From NCBI GenBank assembly GCA_002189035.1, contig NEEC01000016.1, positions 558,001-622,000 of the forward strand: 64,000 nucleotides of DNA, written 5' to 3'. Below the pieces are notes generated by a model. It made no database searches and was not told where the DNA came from. It was given only the letters and a program-made list of their open reading frames with translations. Numbering within the stretch: position 1 is the first letter of the stretch; each line of letters begins with the position of its first letter. Source of the stretch: Utricularia gibba. Its lineage: Eukaryota; Plantae; Magnoliophyta. Below are positions 24,871 to 34,349 of the stretch, piece by piece. The position numbers and the translations under genes were made by a program.

Positions 24871-25480
24871 AGAAGCGAAAGGGGCTTTTCCCTTCGTTTT
24901 CATGGTATCCGATTTCCTGTTTCTGGCGTAGGTTCTTGCCTTGTCGCGGAGGATGTGGTTCTCGGTCACACCACAGCAGTTTCAAGATTCTACTCCATTT
25001 CAGCAGCCGCAGCCTGAACAGCAAATTTGTGAGTCTCGACAGCAGTTCTGTCTTTTCACGTCTGATGAAAACCTCTGCACCCTGAGGGTGGGCCGCCTCC
25101 GTGATCCTGATTCGCTGAAAGTTCTGTTTCAAATTGAGTAATCAGTTATTTTGATATTTCTATTCCATTGTTTCAGGGAAAGAATAGTAGGCTACAAAGA
25201 GGAAGCTCAGCTTTTGGATCAATGCAGCAGGCTCTGTGATTTTCCCGCTCCTAACAACGGACTCGAATGCAGCAGTTCCAAATTGGGTTCTTTTTTATTC
25301 TTTTTTTCTTTGGTAAAGCGTTAACCTTTTTTTTATAATCGGCAGGTAAATCTTGTATGTCTCTTTCCTCTTTATAGCGGTTGTAGTAAAACTAAACCAT
25401 CTCAGGAACTTGGTGGAATTAGTGCATCTACGGGGAGGCAAAAAGCGACTTTGAAAGGGCTTATCTCAAACCCTCCTTGC
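24871..25480 (+). ncRNA. Putative spliced non-coding (or micro-ORF) transcript
   Basis: Telo-box at the 5' end; intron-like 25029-25176 (GTGAGT...TTTCAG) and 25346-25405 (CAG|GTAAAT...CTCAG). No convincing ORF; the spliced ATG ORF is only 28 aa. Confidence 0.3.
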
Positions 25481-25516
25481 CATTCAGATTCCATTGTGAG
25501 ATCATAGATGGATGGG

Positions 25517-25680
25517 CATCTTGTAGAAGACAGTGAAGATGTAAACTTCACCTGTAACAAATTTTAACTGGTGCCAAAGGAATAATGGGCAGTCTTCTTC
25601 CCAAGGATAGAGTGCTCATCTTGTAGAATACAGTGAAGATGTAAACTTTTTTCGACTGATGCAAAAGGAATGATGATCAG
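25517..25680. repeat. Imperfect tandem duplication with 32-bp core
   Basis: CATCTTGTAGAA(G/T)ACAGTGAAGATGTAAACTT at 25517-25548 and 25617-25648. A second shared motif, ACTG(G/A)TGC(C/A)AAAGGAAT(A/G)ATG, follows each copy. Confidence 0.85.
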
Positions 25681-25770
25681 ATGAGAACTTGCATTCAAAG
25701 CTTTCAAATGTTACATTGGAAACAGGATACTGGCTGCTAGTCTGCGGGCAAAACAATTCAGTAATGTACC

Positions 25771-26815
25771 TTAATCATATGGAATTTGAATATAGGCAGC
25801 ATCACAAACAAAGGGAACATCGGCATACATCCCGGCAAGGGCACACTTGATGCATTCCAGAACCGTAAACAGATATGCAAACGCAACGGCAACCCAGAAA
25901 TGCATTCCGATCTTACCCCAGTAGACAGACAGAGGCATCCATCGGCTCACAGTCCCAATCACCTGCAAAGCTATCTCCAGCAACATGCCAGAAACCACAT
26001 GGAACCGGAAGAAATGTGGCCATTCTTTTCGCCTCACGATTCCAAGGTAAGCAATGAAGAAATAGGCCATCAGAAACCAGCTAGGCAATCTCCCTAATGC
26101 ACCTAGAAAAGGGTATGTAGCAAATTCCAAGTCCTCTAGGAAAGGGTGGAGATGGTATGCAGTTTCAGCGTACATCCATGTTTCATGGAGTGGCATCAGA
26201 TAAGGGAGACATGACAGTGTTCTCCACCACCATCTTGGCTTCTTGGTCATTGCAGGGTATCGATAACTGTACGGCACATCCTTTGAAGCTCTAGGTGCCG
26301 ATGAGGCTCGGGAACGTTTAGGCAAAGCAGGCATAGCATGCAATAAGCTACCGTGTTCCCCATTCAAGAGTGGAATCGATGCAGATGATAACTGGAGTTT
26401 CTGGTTTCCTGCCATGACATCGTGAACACAACGCAAAATGAACATACAAAACCACTGAATTCAGAAAAGACGATGTAACATACACTACAGTACTTTTATG
26501 TGGAAAAGGGACCCTTGATTAAAAACAAAACAAGAGAAACATTATAAGGCGTCGCATTCCAGTTCAAGACAATTAGTGCACGTCAACGAAAAAAACTAAG
26601 AATCCAAGCTTTGAGGTTTTCTCCAACAAACCTAAAATGTTAAACGGCTTAGCCAGAGAAACGGGTTGCCAACCACTTGTAGCGTGCAGATTTGTACTGT
26701 TCTTTGTCGAACGAGGGTTGCCCAAAACATGAGGACTGGGGCTCCATTGCGTGCTTTTTCCAGGAAGAAGCCTATGGGAAACACCAGGAGTAAAGCAATA
26801 TCCACTGAGAATCAT
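25771..26815 (-). CDS. TIC20-I: Chloroplast inner-envelope translocon TIC20-I
   Basis: KKPRWWWRTLSCLPYLMPLHETWMYAETAY...RRKEWPHFFRFHVV...AYIQIPYD. Ser/Thr-rich transit-peptide-like exon 1 starts at ATG 26815. Confidence 0.92.
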
Positions 26816-27749
26816 ATTACAGAAACCAGTTTTCCACACCGAAGAGGTGCGAGACGATCAATTTTCCCCAAACCTGAAACCAAACAACAATCAAGAAACA
26901 GTCTTGAGACCAACTTCTTCCAATATTGAAGCGCAACCAACGAAGAGTAGCAATCTAGAGAAAAAACCATTCAGTTCTCCTCCAAAAGCAAAACCATTCA
27001 AACGGGAATCCCTCACTTACCCAAACTTAGGTCAAACACCTTGTGACTTGGAACCCATTTTGGGAGCAAATTTTACCATCCTCGAGCTTTGGGGATCAGA
27101 TTGGATTGGGACGACGTTGGCGTTAGGTTTTATCCTCCACCGATGGAGAGATGAGAGGGAGAGAGAAAATATATATATATATATTATTTTTATTATTCGT
27201 ATAAAAGAAAATTATAATTTTCCCTCGCGGCCGCATTCCGCCGGGGTCTCTTCTGTGAACGCACCAGGCGGCGCCACTCTCCGATCTTGCCAGGGTGGCG
27301 TGAAATGACTCTTCAGACACTCCCTTTTCACCCTTCACCCTTGACTGAATCAAGATCTCAATCCAATGGTTCACTTGTAGTTGTCATGAAACACTAGTTT
27401 TTTTGGAGTCAAAATGTGGCGAGTCCAACCACATTCAAGGTTTCAATTTCTATCCATCACATTAGTTTCAAATATGATCATTCTTGTGCAATAACCATAA
27501 TTTTCAAGATTTCGATCGTCATGAGAGCCATCAGGGCCAGTGGAAGGGATCAATTGGATACCCTTAAGTTGTTTCACCAGGAAAAATTGAGAACTCATTC
27601 GTATAAACATTCCAGCCTATAACTTTTCTGAGGAACCATAATTTCAGCCAATGATTTTACCTAATCAGCTTGGGCACCATTTGAGGAAGGTTTTACTTAC
27701 AATGATACGATGGTGTTCATATTGCTACACATCAATTCTTTAGCTTAGC

Positions 27750-29170
27750 CTAGCTTAGCATCGTTGGATGCCCTGTTTGAAGCATCCTCTTCAGCATGTC
27801 CATTCCGAAAGCAGACTCAGAGGAGCTGCAACGAACCAGACCCCACAGGGGTGTTTCAGTAAGATGAGTAAAGGCAAAATGTATGTAGAAAAAGAAAAGA
27901 CTACTTGGTTATATAAGCAGGGTTGGTGGGTGGATGGATGGATTTCTTTGGAGAAATACCGTCAAGGCAAAATGCAGAAACCAAAGGGTACCTTGAAATG
28001 GTGATTTCGTAGGGAAAAGAGACACCTTCCAGGTTCGGTATTGGTGGAATATGGTCCTTCTTCTCATTCACAAATCTGATTATCTGAAACATCACCTCAG
28101 TAAGTGAGCTTTCTAATGCTGCGCGTCGAACTGTCCTTGCTTCAGCTGTTGTATCAATAAGATGTGTTACATGGAATCAGTGAACTATAAATCACAATGT
28201 TGCAACCGAAATTCAGACTACCTCCAGGATCAACCACCACTTTAGGAGAATGAGAATGGCTCCTGCCAGGATTCTCTTTTGGATGTTGCACAATATTCAG
28301 ATTTATGTACCACTGTTCCCAGTAAAGACGCTCAACCTTATTAGAAAACCATGTCGCTTGCTTATTTTTTACTTCATAGAAGTACAAGCATATCTGCATT
28401 CAAAGAATTAAGTCAGTGAATGCAAGCTAAAATCATCGAAAACACCATGCAAGGTGACAGAATTGTTATTCTCTAGCCACTATAATGCAACACCAACTGA
28501 CCTGATTCTTCTTGTTAGGGTGTTTTTCTACCCTATCAATAAACTGATCAATTTTCTCATCTATCTTCCTCTCAAGCTCCACATCATCACACTGGACCTG
28601 CGTCAATAGTGTTACGAATATGAACAACAGATACTCATGCTAATCGGAAAAACTTCAAGAAGGATTGGGAGAGCATAGGACTCACGTAAGTTATCTCAAA
28701 AAGCTCCAAGTCAACATCTTTAGGGCGGACTAGCCCTAATGCTCTGTGGAAAAAAATGGTATGTAGAGTGCCTACACATCATCACATCAGCCTTGAACCA
28801 GTTAGATCATAAAGCACACGAAAAAAATCCAATGTCAAGAGACAAAGCGGTTCAGGGATTCAATCCCCAATACCTCTTATTCCTAATTCTAAATCCCGCA
28901 AATTCTGATACCACCCATTTAGAATCAAAATCAAAATAAACGCAAATAACCATCCCAAACACCCCAACCGCACAAACCAATCTAACGAGCACGCGAAGCA
29001 GGAATCCAACTTACATCGAAGAACTTCGCGAATCTCGAAGTGCTCAACCTCCTAACACGGACAATAATACAAGAAACAGTTGAGCAACAACCGCATCAAA
29101 CGAAAACTCACAAAGCTCTGAACGACCGAGAACTTACGAGCTCCTTGAGCTGGCAGATCTCGCAGTTCAT
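27750..29170 (-). CDS. ATG101: Autophagy-related protein 101
   Basis: Exons splice to MNCEICQLKELEVEHFEIREVLRCTLHTIFFHRALGLVRPKDVDLELFEITYVQC...ERLYWEQWYINL...SAFGMDMLKRMLQTGHPTMLS; stop at 27750-27752. Confidence 0.93.
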
Positions 29171-30251
29171 CCTGATCGCCTGCGGCGGTGCAGAGTCGGA
29201 ATCCGATCGCAAGCGTAAACCCCTCAATTGTCTTCCGAGAGGGACTCTTTTTCCTCCGGAATATCTTTCGTATAGGACTAGATTTTAATCAACAAAAACA
29301 TTTAACTCTTCCCTTTGAATATTTTGATTACAAATATTATATTATTTGTAATTTATAAAATAAACATTATTTATTACATATTTGATCAAATATAATATTA
29401 TATTTAATTATAATAGAATAAACAAAAACTATCTAAAACTATTTCAATATAAATAAAAATACATAATTTCATAATATTACGTGTCATTAATTAGCAAACT
29501 TATTATTTAATATAAAACCAATTTTAATAAACTACTAATTAATGTCAAGGCATCAGCTAGAGTGGATCCTTCCACCGCCAAGAAACAAGATTTGGGGATG
29601 GGATGAAGCAATCCCTCTCTGCATCTCTTCCATGTCCAGGTTGCACAACCCAACTGGGCTGGGGGTATGCAGAATCTGCAACAGCACTTCAAGTCTCTGG
29701 GACGCCTGGTCTGGCTCTTCATTCATTGAATCTGCAGGGAGGTTCTTCAGGAACCAGTTGGTGTGTCTGAACAATATCAGGGAACGGCGGTTGATGATTT
29801 CATCATTCTGCTACAAGAAGCTGGCATTCTCAGGATCACCAGGAGATAAACTGGAGATTCTTAGGAATTTCTTGGCAACGTTTTTGGTAAGGGAAAAGGC
29901 AGAAGAGAACGAGCACAAATGGATTCATTATCCAAACTGAAAGATCTTTCGGTGGTTCAACAATGCTTCTTTCTGGAAGAGATTCAAATGAAACCCAGAT
30001 CTTAATCTACAATTGGAATCAAGAAAGGAGGCAGTGAGCTCAAGGCAGGTCCTGAGAAACCGTTCATCTGCAATATGCAGTGCATTCTGTTGCCGTTTTT
30101 ACCAGCTGTACACTTCATATTTTGGAAAAGCATCCGTCTGGAAAACATAGAAAAGAACAAAAGGGTATATTCTAACAAAGGCGAGACTGCAGTAACAAAG
30201 AACCCGAGAGAAGATCCAAAGATGCACGTTCCATTAAAGGACAGATCAAAC

Positions 30252-30357
30252 CACCGGAAGTGGAATCTTTGTCGAACAAAAGGGCAAGAAATCAATTAAT
30301 ACCATACTCAAGATACTGCAAAAAATCACCGGAAGTGGAATCTTTGTGGAACAAAAG
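30252..30357. repeat. 31-bp direct repeat, two copies 75 bp apart
   Basis: CACCGGAAGTGGAATCTTTGT(C/G)GAACAAAAG at 30252-30282 and 30327-30357. Confidence 0.9.
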
Positions 30358-30976
30358 AGCTTTATTTGTGATCCGCACCTCAATCAAATTTGCTGCAAAT
30401 AAATCACAGGTAGAAGTTAGGGAGAGGGGGAAAGTGATTAGTGATTGTAAAATGCAGGGGATTATGACCCAAATCCAATAAAAGAATTGTTTGGCAGTAA
30501 AAAAGCTTAACTCTTGTTGTTTGAATTATGACGCTGTTTGTGGCTGAGGAAAGAAGGGGTGACATGATCTCCCTAAAACTCTGCAGTTCACTTCAAAGAA
30601 GAAAGCACCAGACGTGGAAGGGAAGAAGACAGGAGCAGACAAGGTTTCACAGAACCGGAACATATGATTACGTTGGACATGTCATGGGGCAGTGACAAGA
30701 CATTCCTAGAAAAAAGTGAAATGAAAGGGACTCCATGTTTGGGTTCGGTTTCATCTATTAAATGCAGTGGATGGACTGATCATGTGATCACACATCAACA
30801 TGGAAGCGTGAGCCCAGTAACATGAAGCAAATACCCACCCCTGCCCAGAAAAAGCAAACGGACAAAAGAGGGCACAAAACGAGGAGCAGAATGTTTACCT
30901 GGACAATTGACGTGCGATCTGAGCAGCAGTTGAGAGAGAGAGAGCTTTCGAAAATCTGGTGGTAACAGAAGGGAAT

Positions 30977-31963
30977 TCATGGGATTAGCTCCTGAGCAGC
31001 AGAATCTTCTTTCCTTTCTTCCGTCTCCAGCTCCAGCTCCAGCTCCAACTCCAACTTCAACTGCTGCGTTATCTGCTCCGTTGGCTGCTCATGGGGCGCC
31101 GGTTGAGGTTTAAACAGCTCCTGAGCCTGAAGCTGGATCTGCTGGGGCTGCTCATGAACATCAAACTGTGGCTGAATATGATGATACGGGATGTTTCCAT
31201 AGTTGTTATCCAGACCCAAAGATGGCTGTATCGCTGCCGCGCCGGAAACGTTCTGATTAAACCCACTGATTGCCAGATTTCCAATTCCCGTTACTTCGTC
31301 GAAACCAGTATTGAACTTCACCAACTCATTCTGCATCTGCTGCGGCTGTTGCTGGAGATGTGGGTTCTGAAAATGTTGTTCATAACTTCGAATCAGCTCC
31401 TGGTCCCTGGCTGCGGCCATCATTTGTTGAGCAACTTGAGCATCGAGAACGCGCTGCTGCTGCTGATGCTGCTGCACTCCATCTGGAACTCCGGTAGGCA
31501 AACCCATCATCTGTGGCATATTATTATAAGGAATCATCTGGTAAGTCGGCTGGCCGTACGGCCCCTGCCCCTGTTGCGGCTGCTGGATAAAACCGGGCTG
31601 ATTCAACATCGGCATCATGGCCTGGGGACCAATATAAGTGGCTAAATCCTTCTTCGCTAAGTCCAATTCATGGCGAATCAGCGTTAGCCTTTGCTGGAGA
31701 AGGGAAATTATGCCGACGCAACCATAGATTGGGTCGCGGAGGCGGGACTCTGCTTCATAGGCTAAGGAATTAACCGCGTCTTCGCGTTGGCTGGGGCTGA
31801 GCTCGTTAAGGATCTTGGTCACGTTACTGGCTCCGAATACTTTGTGGACATTTGTGAACTTTTGAGGATTGTCCGGAGGAAAGTACGGCGCAAACACACA
31901 TTCTTGTGTGCACTTTCGTCGGAGACATTTGCAGGCGGCGCAGGGTGAGTTTGAACATGACAT
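30977..31963 (-). CDS. LBD36: LOB-domain transcription factor, LBD36/ASL1-like
   Basis: CX2CX6CX3C (CAACKCLRRKCTQEC), FGASNV GAS block, RLRDPIYGCVG, LATYIGPQAM, Gln-rich tail. A further in-frame ATG lies upstream at 32008. Confidence 0.88.
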   Translation of the reverse strand: MSCSNSPCAACKCLRRKCTQECVFAPYFPPDNPQKFTNVHKVFGASNVTKILNELSPSQREDAVNSLAYEAESRLRDPIYGCVGIISLLQQRLTLIRHELDLAKKDLATYIGPQAMMPMLNQPGFIQQPQQGQGPYGQPTYQMIPYNNMPQMMGLPTGVPDGVQQHQQQQRVLDAQVAQQMMAAARDQELIRSYEQHFQNPHLQQQPQQMQNELVKFNTGFDEVTGIGNLAISGFNQNVSGAAAIQPSLGLDNNYGNIPYHHIQPQFDVHEQPQQIQLQAQELFKPQPAPHEQPTEQITQQLKLELELELELETEERKEDSAAQELIP

Positions 31964-32731
31964 TTCTTCTCTTGAATTCCTCTTTCGTGCTTCAACTGTA
32001 AGATTCATGGATAAAAAGCCATCACCACTTTCAGAACTTCTCAAGAAAAACAAGAAATGATTCGAAATATTCTGAATACACTCAAATAAAAAAATATAAA
32101 AAAAAACCAAGCTTTAAGTTCTTCGACTGCAGGACACAAAATCTCATATGAAGAAATGGAAAGTAACGATAGAAAGAATCACATCCGCAAAACAACATCG
32201 AGATCTTTCTTTTTTCTTCTCCAAACCAAACAACCGAAAACAATATCAATCACAATTTTCTCACCGTAATACTCTCAACACCTCCCCTGCTTCACTGATT
32301 GTATCCGCAGAGGCCACACACAAAAATGAAATCCGCAATGCACCGTATCTGCACGACAGAAAGAATCAGAATCAGAGAGAGTGCACGCAGCAGCACGTCG
32401 TCGGCGAGGAGAAGAGACAAACAAGGCCACGATCGGATCCACAACTGCGACACGACGATCACGAACATAAACCACAACGTAGAGAAAAAATTTCTTTTTG
32501 GAGAGCGAGGAAGCAAAAAAATAAAATAAAAATGCGCCCTATTTATATGTTGCTTTCGTTGGAGAGTGATGATGGAATTAATACCTCAGCAGAACACAAG
32601 GATCATCAGGATCAGAAGAATGATCCCGTGAAGGAAAAAACCGCTGAACGAGAACCAATGCTGTGTTGGTGTGGGTGTAATTATGTTGGGCTCAGTCTGT
32701 CTAAATAGCCTACAGCGCGTTTCTGGAAATA

Positions 32732-32742
32732 AGCCCAGCCCA
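32732..32742 (-). promoter_or_regulatory. Tandem Site II elements (TGGGCT x2) upstream of the LBD36 leader
   Basis: AGCCCAGCCCA on the + strand, about 130 bp from the MULE left end. Confidence 0.4.
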
Positions 32743-32871
32743 AAGCCAAGTGCATTAAGGCCTGCTGCTGATATAATATTAATATATCATATTATTTAAA
32801 TAAATCATTAATTTATAAAACAGTATTATTCATATAAATTTTTTAATTTTGATGAAAGATGTAAATTCATT

Positions 32872-34134
32872 AGACAAATTTCATAAAAGCCATTAAACAT
32901 AACACGTGTTTTCAGTTTTGGCATCAAATTTTTTTTTTCACTAAAACCATTAAATATTTAAAATCGTTTCATTATTAATCGCAGTAAAGAAAACCGGTTT
33001 ATTCCATTTGTCCAAATCGACGACTAGATCGGTTTAATGACTATAGAACTCAATTTATTACTAAAAAATAAATAATATTTTTCATTCCTTTTTAGTTTTT
33101 ACTACTCATTTCATTGTTTTCCCACAAGATTTTTTTCAATTAGCTATGAAGAAGCGTTGCACTAATAATGTCGAGGAATCAAAATGCAAGAGATAAGGGT
33201 TTTCAATTAAGGAAATAATTATATTAGAGTTGTCTTTAATAAATAATATTGAATGAATGAATGGTATTGATGACAATACTTTTTTGACTGTATTTTTTAC
33301 AGACCAAGTTATAACCGGTAAATGAAAAAAAAGAAGGGAACATATTCAAGCACAACAATATTTCAGGTTTGTAACAATAATTGATTCTAAGTCTAATTCA
33401 AGTATCACAAATTATAACACCTATTAATGAAATTATTATTATCAAAGGATGTCATAATTTCATCACCCTTTCAAACTTGAAAAATTCAGTGAATGTTTTT
33501 CATGCTAAAGATGGTGGTAATTAAACATGTGATTGTAATATTGCTTATGTTGTTTATTAGCTTCTGTAATAGTGTTAATTATATTGCCATATGTATGTTT
33601 TTTATTTGATTGCTCATACTCTTATTTCAAGGTGTTTGAATGATATATTTTGTTGTATTGGGAAAATATTTAATATAATGCTTATTATAAAAAGTAATTT
33701 AGATGTATCTAATGTTTTATGTTATTTTTTAAAATTTTAAGCTTATAGTTCGAGTATCACGTGGTAAAATAAAAAAAAAAACATGTTATTCTATTTTTAA
33801 AAAGTTGAACTTTTCTGATTTTGTAAAAAATTAATCAATTTTGATATTTTAATGGCATTAGTAAAATGATTTAATTGGTTTTAATGAAATAAAATAACTT
33901 TGGTGACACTAATGAAAATGACATATGTTCAAAGACTTTAAATTTATTACTAATCGGATTACATTTTATTTAAACTTGTCTTGCCGATCTAATGACATAA
34001 AAAAAATCGATTTTTATGGGTCAATTAAAATTGAAACGATTCTGATGTATTTAATGATTTTAATGAAACAAAAAAAAATTAATGCCAAAACTGAAAACAC
34101 CTGTCATGTTTAATGGATTTAATGAAATTTTTCC
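32872..34134. mobile_element. Non-autonomous Mutator-like element (MULE), 1263 bp
   Basis: About 100-bp imperfect TIRs (32872-32970 vs 34033-34134) share a perfect 19-nt core (32906-32924 vs 34082-34100). Exact 10-bp TSD TAAATTCATT at 32862-32871 and 34135-34144. AT-rich interior has no transposase ORF. Confidence 0.88.
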
Positions 34135-34349
34135 TAAATTCATTTATAAAGATGCATTTGAGGGCATTAGTGTAATTTGCATTTTAGAGAGAAGCGGGCA
34201 TCTAATGGCACATCTTCTCTCCCGCCTCCGGCACTACACTTTCTGACGCCGGGGGCCGGAACACAAGCAGCGCACAAACGACAACTGCATAGATGGAACT
34301 GCAAATATACTAGTTAGTTTCGCAATTCATTATTAAACTGACGTCTCTA

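Noticed and set aside
29740-29810. C/D-like boxes on minus strand (ATGATGA...CTGA...CTGA)
   Set aside because: No proper terminal stem and guides show at most 8-nt rRNA complementarity.
31091-31645. 184-aa plus-strand ORF, and similar long antisense ORFs (e.g. 16229-16735, 49505-49987, 55496-55957)
   Set aside because: Antisense shadows of real exons or low-complexity sequence with no recognisable motifs.
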